A model generated the notes under the pieces. The model was given only the letters and a program-made list of their open reading frames with translations, was not told the origin of the DNA and did no database searches. The position numbers were made by a program, and so were the translations under genes. DNA of 64,000 nt from positions 14,448,001 through 14,512,000 of the forward strand of contig NW_024704742.1 in NCBI RefSeq assembly GCF_018977255.1. Direction: 5' to 3'. Of this stretch, positions 26,690 through 39,620 are shown piece after piece; position 1 is the first letter of the stretch; every line of letters begins with the position of its first letter. The DNA comes from Callorhinchus milii. Lineage: Eukaryota.

Positions 26690-26870
26690 AATAATAAATT
26701 GGTCAATCCATGACTGTCTATGGGACACTGCTGTGTGCAATTGGCTGCCATGTTTCACCCATCAAATAAACAGTCAATTCACTTTACGGTGTATTCTGTG
26801 AAGAACTTTGAGATGTCTCGAAGACATGATAAAGCGCTATATCAATTGCAAGGCTTATTATTATTATAAT
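26690..26870 (+). mobile_element. 5'-truncated tRNA-headed SINE
   Basis: Matches 20842-21026. Confidence 0.85.
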
Positions 26871-27179
26871 CATCCAATATTGTATATAAAAAATACTGAA
26901 ACATATTATTTTGCTTACAAGTTCTAAGATAATAAATAAACTCTATACGCTAAAACTGATCACAAATTTATAAGATATTTTCAATGCCACTTTTTCAATT
27001 GCATTTATCCATTAAGATAAACACACCAATCGATCTTTTTCCCACCCTTCTTTATGTTCATGATCTTGTTTTGCTCCTTTTGTGAATGAACAACTATCCG
27101 ATCGTTTGAAACTGGAGGAGGATAGGCACAGAGAGTAAACAACTATAATTGTAAGTGACTTCTAGTTCATAAGATTAGT

Positions 27180-27286
27180 TTTGCCCACAAATATACAGTC
27201 AATTCACTTTACAGTGTATTCTGTGAAGAGCTTTGAGACGTGAAAAGCGCTATATCAAATGTAAGGATTATTTATTTTTATTATTA
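27180..27286 (+). mobile_element. 5'-truncated tRNA-headed SINE
   Basis: Matches 20914-21026. Confidence 0.8.
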
Positions 27287-27723
27287 GTGTTAGTGATGGA
27301 ATTGTTGTAGGTGGTGGTTTTGCTTTTGGTTTCCCTCTTTCCTTTTTCCTCTTTCTTAATTTCTGAGAATTCAGTTAAGTTTCCCAGGGATGGGCTGCAA
27401 AGTTCAAATTGAGTTAAAACATTTAACTTGAATTAAATGCTAAATGTATTAAACAAATATAACAAATTTCTGGAATAGACTAGCTAGTGTGGTCAAGTAC
27501 AACTTTGCTTCTGCACAGATGTAACTAAGATTTTAAGAAAAGGAGAGCAATTTGTGACATTTCACAATAGATTTGATGTAAAACTACAGAACATCACTGG
27601 TTTCTGAAAGCCCTCATAACCTTGGCAAAATTGTTTGCTCCATATGAGCTTCTGAAAATTGTGTGGATGCCACCTTTAGTATAGGCTGAGGGAGTGTGGG
27701 AGGAGCATACAATTTTAGGAGCT

Positions 27724-28804
27724 CAGTGGCTGCATATGAATGCCAAATTTCTTGCAGCTGAATGTCAACAAGGAGGAAGCCATACACTTTGGTTCCTGTG
27801 AATGTCTTCTCTCCTGCAGGTCTGAACTGCTCAACCTCCCAGGGCTCTCCCACAGACTTACCAAACCCATGTGCAATGTAGGCATCAGGTTCGATCTCTA
27901 GTTTTCCTTTCTATTCCCTGATCAGGACCGCTTTATTCCACCTCCGCCATATTGCCCTCCTCCATCCGTACCTCTCAGCTAATACAGTCAAAACCCTTGT
28001 GCACACATTCGTCACTTTCTGGCCTATTCCAATGCCCACCTCGCTGGGCTCTCTGGCTCCACCATACATTAAATCCAATTAATTCAGAACTCCAACACCC
28101 GGATACTCACCCGCACAAAACTCTATAACCGTATCACACCAGCCCTTGCCAGGCTCCACTGGCTCTCAATTCAGGAACGGTTTGATTTTAAGATCCTCTC
28201 ACTCATTTTCAATTGTCTTCATGCTCTTGCACCTCCCTACCTATCCATCTGCTTATCCTGCACTCCACCACCTGCTACCTCCACTCGGATGGCTCCGGCT
28301 TCCTGTTAACCTCCTCCCCTCCGCTCCACAATCAGTGGACAGACCTTCAGCCACTGTGCCCCGAGACTCTGGAACTATCTCCCTCAATGCTTCCACCTTG
28401 CCCCCTCCGTCACCAACTTCAAATCCTGCCTAAAGAGCTTCCTTTTTGATTGTGCTTATGGTCACCTCCCCCCTCCCTCTCCCCCTGGCTCGTTGTCAGA
28501 CTCCACCTCTGTCAAGCACTCCGGGACACTACCCAGGTTGAAGGGCGCTATATAAATGCAAGTTGTTGTTGTTGAGTTAAGCTAGCATCCAACTTCGGAA
28601 TGCTTAAATATTTTCTGTCCATTTTTAGGAGCACGGAGTTCACCCCAACCATCATGTCAAAGCTGGAGGTGTATTGGGAAATGTCACTTCTCTCCTGCGT
28701 GTTCAGACCCCCAAGAGCGAAGATGTTGACGCGAGTCAAAGAGTATGGCTTCCGTCCCGCCGATATTCAGCTGCAGGAAATGTGGCATTCGTATGCAGCC
28801 ACTG
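27724..28804. repeat. MITE-like inverted repeat (arms 27724-27827 and 28701-28804) interrupted by an L2
   Basis: Arms are reverse complements, roughly 75-80% identical by eye; termini CAGTGGCTGCATA / TATGCAGCCACTG. Confidence 0.8.
27905..28572 (+). mobile_element. L2 LINE 3' fragment with (GTT)n tail
   Basis: Degenerate ORF2 C-terminus, then GAAGGGCGCTATATAAATGCAAGTTGTTGTTG. Confidence 0.85.
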
Positions 28805-29019
28805 TAACAAGCTAAATTCTGAAGGTTGGAATTTGAGATCTGAATAGCCATTCTGACTATAAAGTGACTGTGTTTCTCTCAGGAGATACCTGCATTGTCA
28901 AAGTCTTGTTGTGGGGATTAACCTTCTAACCCAGAGGCAAGAGTGCTACCAACTGAGTAAGACCGACACACTGAGCAATGAACAAGCTAAGGATCTTCAG
29001 TCTCTAGCGTCTGAAGTCT

Positions 29020-29330
29020 AACATTTTAAATTGGATTGTAAGAGTAAACCCAGATCAATACAAACCCAGATGCAACAGACAGTTGAGCAAGGGGACATAG
29101 GTTTGGAGTTGCAAACGGCAATTTCAGGACAAAAAACAGGAAGTTTTTGTTTACTTGGAGAGCAATCAAAACTAGAACAGGTTGCAGGAAAGGTAGTGGA
29201 GGCCAGGAGACTGGACTCTTTTAAAAAGCAACTTGATCCTATGATGGGGGTCACAATAAGATGTTCTGGAATGATGAGATTGTGTAGGTCGAAGGGATTT
29301 CTTCATCCAAACCGATCTTGTGATCCCTTA
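29020..29330 (+). mobile_element. CR1 LINE 3' fragment
   Basis: Translates VVEA..LDSFKKQLD, typical of the CR1 ORF2 C-terminus. Confidence 0.7.
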
Positions 29331-29390
29331 CTCTGTTGCCCAAACTACACTCTTTCTCAATAATATGTGTTGTGTACAATGCATCCTTAC

Positions 29391-29487
29391 CTGTGCTTGT
29401 CCTAACCCTCATGATAGCATCAAATCCAATTGGTTTCTGTACATCCTTTCTCAGGTCATTCAAGAAATGTTCAGCATCCGTCTGTAT
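29391..29487 (-). CDS. SEC24D: SEC24D exon H (97 nt): [32 protein letters not shown](G)
   Basis: Acceptor cgcag|ATA, donor G|gtaagg. Confidence 0.96.
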
Positions 29488-30784
29488 CTGCGAAGTAAGC
29501 ATTGTGAAAAAGCTCAAGCCGTATAGTACAGTATTTACCAGTTGATGGCACTATCACCGCTATTCAGAGCAGCAGACAAATATCAGCAAAGGAAATGTGT
29601 GATACAATGTTTTGGCTGTTTTGGCAAATTTATAGAAGGTAACACTAGTGTATTCCTATTTTCTAATTGTTAGCAGTTTATTTTATGTGTTCTGAATTCA
29701 ATGTAATGACAGCGGTCCCAATAAAGCACATTTCTTGATTTATTTATCAAATTCAAGAATTATTATTATTATCAGAAACTGAACTGATTAATTTGGCAGT
29801 AGCTGGGTGCACAGCTGACACATCTCTACTTAACCTCAGAACAGGGAATAACAGGTATTTCAATACAGTGCATTGAAATAAATCCAGCAAAGCCATCACA
29901 GTTGTGAGTTATATAAATGGAACATCATCAGTTGACACTGGTAGGTATACTGAATCAGCCACATTATCCAGAATACACAAGTGGAGTATCCTGTTGAGTT
30001 GTGGGCTTGGAACTTTTGAACAGATAAGGATTCGGAAAACAGAAACTAAAATATTTATAGATATCAGCACTTCGACCAAAAGGGAGAAGCTAAAGAAGGC
30101 AAATTGGTTCTCACCGAAGAAAAAAAATAGTAAGAATGGACATGATGCAAGTGTTTGGAAATGGAGCAGTTATTTTCTTCAAAACTAAGAAAGGAGAATC
30201 GTGGGAAAGGATTGTAAATTAATTTAATAATGAGCTGGATGTAAACTAAGAAGCAATTTCTTCCCATTGGGAATTGTTAACTGATGGAATAAGCTGGCAG
30301 ATAACACAGTGCCTCAGATGGAGAAAACTGAACACATGATTGTAAATGCAACAAAAAGTAGTAGATAGAGAGAGACAGATTAGAGATGCGAGAGACGATA
30401 TTGTGTAATTCTTGAAAGACAACTAAATGGTCTACTTTCCACTGATGAAAAACTATATTATTAAATATTGTGCAAAATTATTCATTAGTACACAAATATA
30501 TATTTTTCTCCACAATATGAACATATGCTTGCAAACTCGCATATACATATATACATAAAAGAAAAATGTGAAAAAAAAGTTAAGTGGCTTGCTTTAGACG
30601 TGTGTCTTACAGACTCGACATTTGTCAGTGGTCTACAAGTCCACATTGATACCCCATCCAATTTACCCCATATCTCAAGGGCCAAAGCATGGAGCAGAGT
30701 TGGTGAATAGGCTCTGCAAATAGAAAATCACAACAGGAAAACAATTTACAGGCTCTTTAAGCGAGAAATTAAACTGAATTTTAC

Positions 30785-30955
30785 CTGAAAATTATTGTAC
30801 TTGTACAGCGTGCCACCAGTGTACGATGGCACGATGCCCATGGTCGCCACATCCACATATTGGTTTGGAAATAGAAAGAGGTCAACGCAACAGCTATTGG
30901 CCACACAGTCCTTTGCCAGGGTCTCATAGCAATTAGACTGAGGTTGAAAAAGGGT
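30785..30955 (-). CDS. SEC24D: SEC24D exon G (171 nt): [57 protein letters not shown]
   Basis: Acceptor tgcag|ACC, donor CAG|gtaaaa. Confidence 0.96.
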
Positions 30956-30992
30956 CTGCAAGGTATTAAGAATAATCAAATTAATAATAATA

Positions 30993-32570
30993 AACAACAA
31001 CACGATTACATTTGTATACATTTCACGTCAGGAGGACGTCCCAAGGCGCTGGACAGTGTACAACATTTCAGACCCGAGCTGGGGTCAATGGGTGGGGGGG
31101 GGCGAGAAGGGTGGGGAGGGGAAGGAGGGTGGTTGAAGAGAAGGGTCTTGAGGCGGGACTTAAAGGAGGCTAAGGAGGGGGTGAGGCGGAGTGATTGGGG
31201 ATGGAATTCCAGAGGTTGGGGGCAGAGTGGCTGAATACTCTCCTGCCAATGGTGGGACGGGTGGGTCGGGGGACATGGAGCAGACCAGAGCCTGCTGAGC
31301 GGAGGGAGCGGGCGGGTTGGTAGGGCGTTAGGAGGTCGCAGAGGTAGGGTGGGTCAAGGCCATGGAGGGCTTTGTAGGTGAGGTCCAGGATCTTGAACTG
31401 GATCCTCTGAAGGATAGGAATCCAATGGAGTCGGGCGAGAATGGGGGAGATGGGGTCACGGAGTTTGGTGCAGGAGAGGACACGGGCTGCAGAGTTAAAA
31501 CATAAAAACATAAGAATTAGGAGAGGAGTAGGCCATTCGGCCCTCGAGCCTGCCCCACCATTCGATAAGATCATGGCTGATCTTCAAACCTAACTCTAAT
31601 TACCTGCCCTATCCCCATATCTCCTAATCCCTCAGTTTTTTAAAAATCTATCAGTCTCAACCTTGAAGATGTTCAAGGAAGGGTTCTGGATTATCTGCTG
31701 CCAGTGTAGGGAGGAGTTGGGAAGGCCGACAAGCAGGGCGCTTGCATAGTTGAGCCTGGAGGTGATGAAGGCATGAATAAGAGTTTCAGCGGCCTGAAGT
31801 GTGAGGTAGTGTCGGAGTCGGTCGATGTTACAGAGGTGAGGGAAGGCAGAGCGGGTCATGGCTTGGATGTGGGGAAGAAAAAAACGTTAAGGGTCGAACA
31901 AGACACTGAGGTTCCTGACTGGCTTGGTGAGTTGTAGTGTGCAACCATGGAGGTTGATGCTGCCAGAGCCTGAGGTGCAGAGGTGCTGGCATGAGCCAAT
32001 CAGGATGGCCTCAGTCTTGTTCACATTCAACTATAAGAAATTTGCCCTCATCCAGGACTTGATGTCCGACAGACATTCTGTCAGGACAGCAGTGGTCCTG
32101 GAGTTGAGGGTGGAGACAGAAAGATAGAGTTGGGTATCATCCGCATACATATGGAAGTTGACCCCATGTCTGTGGATGATGTCACCAAGGGGGAGCATGT
32201 AGATATTAAAGAGGAGAGGGCCAAGGACAGAGCACTGGGGGACACCGACGTGACAGTGCGGAGGCTGGAGGAGAAACCGTTAGAGGCAATGACGTGGTGA
32301 CGGTGAGAGAGATAGGAATCGAACCATGCAAGGGCAGGTCCGCGAAGATTAAGTAAGGAGGAGAAGCAGTGTATGAGGATGGAGTGGTCGACAGTGTCAA
32401 AGGCGGCAGAGAGGTCGAGGAGGACAAGGAGGCAGAGGGAGCCCTGATCACAGATGTTCAGAATGTCATTAGTGACTTTGACCAGGGCTGTTTCTGTGCT
32501 TTGGGCAGCACGAAAGCCAGATTGGAGGGGTTCGAAGAGGGAATGGCGAGAAAGAAAGGAGCGAGAAAGA
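30993..32570 (-). mobile_element. L2 LINE, RT domain to 3' tail, frameshifted
   Basis: QSGFRAAQSTETAL, LLDLSAAFDTVDH, YADD in a shifted frame, HAFITSRLNY, LHWIPI, and tail at about 31000. Confidence 0.92.
31497..31680 (-). mobile_element. CR1 3' end nested inside the L2
   Basis: Near match to the reverse complement of 50180-50338; ends in CTTATGTTTTTATG; L2 sequence resumes on both sides. Confidence 0.88.
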
Positions 32571-34167
32571 AAGAGTAATACAAACAAAGAAACAACAATA
32601 CCATGAATATAACAAACTCTTTTATCATTACAGTGCCCTGTCTGAATGGGTGTCTGAAACTGGAATCAAAGTAATTGTTCACACCAAGACCCAGGTCTCA
32701 CTCAGCAGATTGTGAGTGTCGATGCAGCAACTCTCTGCTTTCACCTTTTCCTGAATAAGGGGCATAAAACACTGGGCAAGCAAATTCAAGCTTTGTTTTC
32801 AGCATTAAATTTTAAAACACTTTAAAGAGAAAAGTCTGGGGTTAATGAACGGTGAAATTTTGGCTCGATAAGTTAAGGAGAACATTCGGTTGCAAAAGAA
32901 TTGAAGTGTTTTGGGGAAAAAAAATATTTGAAACCCCAAGAGACACTCGCCTTTATTTCACTGGATGATTCATGAATTGATGTACTGAATACAGATTCAA
33001 CAGAGCTAAACATGACATTGTCCAGTGAGAAGACATTTCACATTAGTACAGGATTGCTTTATCTTCCTTCCCAATGTAATTTTACTAGGTGCTTGGCTAC
33101 ATTTTAGTTTTGAAACTGCTGTTTGGTAACAGCAGCTGCCTCAAAGTGACAAAGCTGTGGTTGGCGTGTGCCAGTTGCATTTTTATTTTATTGCTGTATT
33201 AAAGAAAACCTTATTGCTTTCCCCTTAATGTTTCATCATGATGCAGCACACATCCTCGAAACTGATGAAACACTTCATCTGTCACACTGATTTACAAGAT
33301 GACCAAAGCAGCCCTGGCTGGATCTCCTGCTCAACTCTCATAAAATCTCACCCACATGTCCATTCACACGCTCTTCCTCTCCCTCTCCATTATCATTGGG
33401 TTGTAATGAAATCAAAATCACTGCACTATTGCCAGCCAACATTATAACAACAACAACCCCACCCCCCCAACAGAGTAGGTCCCAGAGTGCTTCAATCATA
33501 ACTCACGCTTTTCATATGCAAAAGTTACAAAGAACTTCACCGATGGAGTGGGGGTATTGAACGAGGGAAGTGACCAAAGGTGCAGTCGAAGAGTTAAGTT
33601 TTTAGAAGTGTTTCTAAAGCAGAAAGTGAGGTGGAATATTCTGCATATTTAGTTAATAAACTTGATGATACAGGATAACTAAGTTAATACTGAGTGTTGT
33701 TTGCACAAGATTTCAACTCAAACTCCACTTAATACAAAAAATATTAAAGGATATCAAATGGATGCAACACAGATCAATGTGGTGTATCGAAGGACATGTC
33801 TAACTGCTTAGTTTATAGTCACGATCATTTTACAACAAAATCTACTCTTTCACTTAGAATTTGTGGGGTGAGCGTTGATTTAATACAGTATATAAAATAA
33901 TGGTTTTCCCCATATAAGCCTCACCACAGCTTACTTCTACTTAAAGAGCTCCTAGATTTTGTCTTTTACCTCTGGAATGTTATTCGCAATCTTGCAGGCA
34001 ATTTACAAATAAAAGGGGTTAAAATACCACACGTTTCCATTCACACCAAATACAGTATGTTTTGCTGAAAAAGCAAAGCAACTTCTGCAATATTCCCATA
34101 AATGACTACATAAAAAAGAATGTGGTGAAATGCACTTTATTGAAGATAGATTTCCGAAGTGTTGTAC

Positions 34168-34284
34168 CTTCTCTTTGTCTGTATTCACCAGCTTCCTGTC
34201 GTCTCTGTTTTTGAGTTTACCTGGTGCTTCAGCTGTTGGAAGGGAGGAGTGGAATATAAATAGTTTTCCAGAACATTCCGCAGC
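34168..34284 (-). CDS. SEC24D: SEC24D exon F (117 nt): [39 protein letters not shown]
   Basis: Acceptor ggcag|GCT, donor AAG|gtacaa. Confidence 0.96.
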
Positions 34285-35199
34285 CTGCCGAGAATTAAAA
34301 AAAAGGATTCAATAAACTTGCTGCGGAAATATTCTTATCAAGGTGTTAATAGCAGAATGTCTAACAGCTCTTTATATTCTCAACACTTTCCATTAGTCAT
34401 TGGAAACAAAGCAATATTTTAAAGATGTACAAATACCCAGGGTTTAATTTATCAATGGGCTGTGTCAAGGGATGTGTGGATGGAAAAAAGGTTAGAAATA
34501 ACATTGTTAACTCTTGACTATAATTTTTTTGTTGTAAGAGTCGATCACCGTCTGCCTAGTTATACACAAGAGGAACAATCTCCAGTAGACAGTACATTTC
34601 CTGTTCTTGGCAAGTGATCAGATCCTATTCTCTGCAATTAGTAAGCAGTCACAATATATTTGCCGCATGTGGTTGCAAACAATTCAAAATCCTGCATCAT
34701 GATACAATTCCAACTAGAACCACGCTACATGTTTGAACTCTGGCTTTGCAGGGTTGAACAAATCTATACACCAGTTCAGTCTCAGAGAGATCAGGTTCTT
34801 CCTGCCCTCCTTTCTACCTAAAAAGATCATTTAGTTTCAATATGGTTCGAAATTCATTAGTCTTGAAAGGGACAAGTCCTGAGTAGAGCTACCAAGATTT
34901 GAAACTAGAAACTTCTACTCAGAAGGCTGATGCTGTTTGTGAGTAGGGGTTGGGGGGAATTATGGACATAAAACTGTACTAAAGATTTCATAGATACGAC
35001 ACTGGAATATGAACCTACCACAACACAACAATATGCATTCAGTTCAAACTTGTTTGATTGAAAGAGCAAAACATTAATTCCCAATGCTATCACTGCATTT
35101 GTAACTTCGTAAAATTAGCTAATTCTGGTCTGGTTAAAATTTCTAGCCAGTTTGCATTTCATTCTTCNAAAAAAAACTATCTTGGCAGCAACCATTTAC

Positions 35200-35515
35200 A
35201 AAATGATCCAGGTTCACTGACAAACATGAGAGTCATCTTTTGGGAACCCAGATTTAAGCTCACAAGTGGGAAGGTGATTAGACAGTTTAAATTCAACTAC
35301 TTTACACAGAGAGTGGTGAATATCTGGAATAAACCATTCAAGGAGATGTTGGAAGCAGATTGCTTCAGCAAATTCTACAGGGAATTAGCTATTTGGCATA
35401 GAAATCTATTCATGGATATGAGCAATGGAATAGTGTAGGATGTTTCTTAAACTTTAGAATCAACCAGATGGACCGAATGGCGTTTTCCAGGATGTACATT
35501 CCAATGTTTCTATGT
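35200..35515 (+). mobile_element. CR1 3' fragment
   Basis: Translates YFTQRVVNIWN; tail ATGTTTCTATG. Confidence 0.75.
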
Positions 35516-36201
35516 AAAACCTGGCATTCAATACACCTACTTATTGAAAGGATAAGTGCCTTTAATGTAGACTGTGCTAACTCTAAGACAGCAATAAATA
35601 GTTTGAAGAAAGTGGACAACTACAGGATTAAACGCCTTGGTTCAAAACTTTCTCTCTGAAACTAATGCTGATAACAAAACCCTGCTTTGGAAAAAGTGAG
35701 TCAAGGATACTTATTTCTGTTCAATGTGGACAATCATACAAGAGAGCTGTGTAAGTTCACTGTATCCATTGGGTCAAAAGAAACACTGCAATCAGATGAT
35801 GTAGTGTTTAGTGCGGAGATCTGCATTTACAACCCTATGCAGATGAATTAGGTCACTCAATTTCTTTTGTAATGAGCGATGTATTCTCTGCTACCAAACT
35901 GTGATTTTGCTAGATGATCGAAATGCAAAGAGTTATTCTTAGCAATAATCACAACCATTTTTGGAGGGTTTACAGCTGCAGAAACCTCCGGCCCCTACAA
36001 TGATGAATTCTGGCACGAAATGAAACTGGTAACAGGCCCAAGAAGAAAACACACCTCAGCAGCAATGGAGCCTATTATTATAAGATTAATGATTTTCATG
36101 TGTGTCTGTGTGCATTGGTCTTTGTATCAGCATTTAACCCTTCTATTTGGTCAGACCCATCACCATGCTTAAGAGTATCCAAATTAAATTGAGAATTACA
36201 T

Positions 36202-36400
36202 GCATCTGACCTATACTTGGAAATCCCAGAGATAGATTGTTGGAATGGAATGTGCATTCTCTCCTTGGAGGGATGCTCCTGCTTACCTAATTTGGAAAGT
36301 ATTAGGCACAGGTTGGCAAGAGCCAAGGCTTGGGTACCCCAGAGTGTGGGTTGGGGTACTGCTGGCATCTTAACCAGCTAAAACCATATAGCTTGCCATT
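36202..36400. repeat. unclassified repeat, copy 1 (copy 2 at 40073-40250, same orientation)
   Basis: Shared blocks such as AGTATTAGGCACAG, GTTGGGGTACTGCTGG and TTAACCAGCTAAAAC. Confidence 0.8.
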
Positions 36401-36880
36401 TATATTGCTATCCTGCAAGCTTTCTCTCTGCTTGTTCAGCTAGCATCACCATACCCGTTAGAGCTTTGGCTTGCAGGATTAACAGGAGCTGAATGGGATG
36501 ACTCCCTGCGTCCAGTGCCTGGTTTGCCCTTCCAGGTCCTGCTGATGAGCCAGGCTGGTTGTGCTGTCTTCAGCAATGCCCTGGAATACTGCGGACATGC
36601 CTGGCTCAAGAACCGGACTACTGAGACCGTTCACAGAGGGTTGGCTCGATTCTGACATTTCGTTGCCAAATATGGCTCACATTTAATCCACAACAGGTAA
36701 TTGGATAATAATAAAACATCAGAGAGAACAGCATTCACTGAATGGAAGCATGCCCATAAGAAAACAATCAGTGAATCGTGAGGTTTAGGGATGCAAGTAG
36801 ATATCTTTAAAACAATAATAGTTCTCTTGTGATCCATATTATTACCTACTTCCAGTAGGTAATAATAGTTGGGTTGGGTC

Positions 36881-36987
36881 CAGTTGGGTCGGGACCCATT
36901 TCCCCCCTGCTCGGGTCCCGACCCAACTGTCCAGCGCCTTGGGACGTCCTCCCGACGTGAAAGGCGTTCTATAAATGAAATCTTGTA
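36881..36987 (+). mobile_element. very short L2 3' end with a 5' foldback (17-bp perfect stem)
   Basis: CAGTTGGGTCGGGACCC, 15-nt loop, GGGTCCCGACCCAACTG, then the L2 tail. Confidence 0.85.
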
Positions 36988-38268
36988 CTTTATTTGTAAA
37001 CCCTCATTTATGCAATTTTCTTCCCCTTACATTAAATTTATTTATCTTGAGGAATGGATGGAAAGGATGCTCTGGAGAGATTAAGTTTACAACACATTGA
37101 CTTATGGGTATCTGTAGGATAGAGGAGGAAAAGGAGAACACATTTCTTGTGTGGTTTTAATTTCTTCACATTGTCTTTTATGAGGGCTCTACCAACCTAC
37201 AGATGTAGTCTTGATGAGGATCAGTGCCGGAATCCTCAGCCTCTTTCTCTTTCCAGATGGTAATTGACTAGCTGTGGAATTCCAGCTTTTCAATTTTTTG
37301 TTTTAGATTTCCAGATTCTGGATTTTTTTTTTCTTTTGGTTTGTGTTTTTGTGCAGTTTCCAGTTTAACTTGGGACCCAGTGGCTCCAGAGATAAATCTC
37401 CCTGTGGCAGTTTACTAGCTAAAGGCCAATTTTGGGGTAGGTGAGTCTAAATGGATATTAGGAGCCACAGGGAAAAGGAAAATGGGTAACAGCGGTGCTC
37501 CCAATCCTTATTTTACGAAAGAGAAACAAGGTCGCCTCAGTGGTTCAGGAGATGTTCTTCTGAAAGTCAAACTTTACTCTTCAGACCAGGAGAATTTCAT
37601 CTTTGATTCCTGGTCTGTTCTGTTTGTTGATCTCAGCCAGATGAGCAGGGAGAATGTTTCATTGGACTCAAGAAAAATCAACCCTAGTCCTAGTTCCTCA
37701 CCCAGTAGGTTGTGACCCCTGCTGAAAAATGCATATGTATGAATGTGAGGTGGGGACAGAATGATGTTTAGTTGTGATTCCCCAAACAAGCAGTATGATT
37801 TTACTCATTGCCTAGACTTGGACATGAAAATGGGTTGCTTGGAGGGGGTGGTTGTGGAAAAGGGGAAAATAATGTAAAACCAACTCCAACAGGAGCCAAC
37901 ACATTCAGGACAAGCAAGGTGAAGATTTGAAAGTTTAGGAAAGATATATGGGAAGCCTGATATTACTGAATTTCGAAAATCTGACATTACTGAATTTATT
38001 TACACTGAACATTGTATTGTAGCTTACCATTTAATCATCATAGTGACAATGACTTTTTTATTTTAATAAAGTGGGATAATCTCCTCCGGATTAATTATTA
38101 CTATTAAATTACCACTTCCCTCCCTAGGTGAATAACTCCATGTTTAAAACCGTTAGTACAATTATCAGAGATTTTCCCAGTGGATCCCTTGAGCTAATCT
38201 TAGGTTTTCTGTTCAGTTCCATTCATTCATATTGAAGACACTCAATTCATAATGAAAACAAATTATAC

Positions 38269-38362
38269 CTTCATAGCTTCCAGGCCAGCTTGTACAACTG
38301 GAGCAAAGACGGTTTCACTCTCATTAGTGTCTCCAAACATCTCGGGGATCTGCTCCAACAGA
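38269..38362 (-). CDS. SEC24D: SEC24D exon E (94 nt): (N)[31 protein letters not shown]
   Basis: Acceptor tacag|T, donor AAG|gtataa; absent from the ORF track. Confidence 0.95.
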
Positions 38363-38769
38363 CTGTAAAAATAAAATAAACCCATTCAAAGTTAATGTTC
38401 ACAGAGTCCCCCTGGGGAGGAATTTCAAGCCCATGATATGATTTAAAGAGCTATCTCGAGTTGGTGGGGTGGAGGAGGGGAGAGAGGAGAAACGGTTTGT
38501 GGAACAGATAAGAACATGTTACTGTGAAAGCTCAGTACTCTTGCCGTTTGCCAGACTAGCTCCCCAGAGAAACTTTGTGCTGTGCTACATACTGCTTTTC
38601 TTCAGAAAAAATACAAAGAACGTACAGTCAGCCTGGCTCATCGGCAGGACCTGGAAGGGCAAACCAGTCACTGGAGCAGGAGATCATCTTACTCAGCTCC
38701 TGTTAACCCTGCATGTCTAATTGTTGTATTTTGATATAGCGCCAATGCATTGTTGAAATGTCTCGAAGT

Positions 38770-39260
38770 ATAATAATAATAATGATCCTTGCATTTGATA
38801 TAGTGCCTTATCACTTCTTCTCGACGTCTCAAAGCGCTTCACAGAATATACTGTAAAGTGAATTGACTGTATATTTTGTGGTATATCTTCACAAGTTATA
38901 CTGTAAAGTGCAGTGACTGTATTTTGTGGAAGAAATGTGGCAGCCAGTTTATGCAGAGCAGTGTCCCACAAACAGTCATGGAGTGAGTGACCAATTTTAT
39001 TTGGGGGATTGTTGGCCAGCACACCAGGAGAAAGTCACTACTCTTTCAAATAGTATCATAGGATCTTTATCGTCTACCTGAACAGGCAGATGGGACCTCG
39101 GTTTAACGTCTCTTCTGAAGGACAGAACCTCCGACAATGAAACACACCCCAGCACTGCATTGGAGTGTCATCTTAGACTATGTAATTCCATGTCCCGATG
39201 TAGGGCTTGAACCCACAACCTTCTGACTCAGAGGTGAGAGTGCTACCATTGAGCCAGCTA
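38770..39260 (-). mobile_element. DeuSINE-like SINE (38885-39260) capped by a younger SINE tail (38770-38882)
   Basis: tRNA-like head (GGGTTCAAGCCC), Deu-core-like GAGACGTTAAACCGAGGTCCC..TAAAGATCC, and a duplicated tail segment. Confidence 0.8.
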
Positions 39261-39409
39261 GATCACTTTAAGTTGCTTAAAGTCTTTAATTTGTATTCTG
39301 GTTAACTTGCTTAATATCTTTTCTTTTTATTCTTATTTGCTAAAAATGATTCTTAAATTAATTAATATATTTGAAGTGGCAGACATGATCAATAATCTAA
39401 TGACAGCCC

Positions 39410-39620
39410 CTTAATGGCACTGCCTGGTGTAAAATTGAGCCAGGCAGACCTGTGTGGGAGTTTCCAAGTTCAGTTACCAGTCTACGCTCAGGTAGCTGGT
39501 CTCTGCTGAGATAACTTTACGAGCCACTACAGTTACCCTCAGTTTCCTGGGCTAAGCAAATGAAAACGGTTCACTAGGATAGCAAAGAATGTTTATATTT
39601 CAGCCCTTCTGCTGAAATAG
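39410..39620 (+). mobile_element. AmnSINE2-like fragment
   Basis: Homologous to the reverse complement of 6950-7100. Confidence 0.5.

Noticed and set aside
27614..28815. Duplicated small protein gene (YGF..DIQLQE.WHSYAAT on both strands)
   Set aside because: The shared peptide is a by-product of the DNA inverted repeat; I recognised no protein homology or gene structure.
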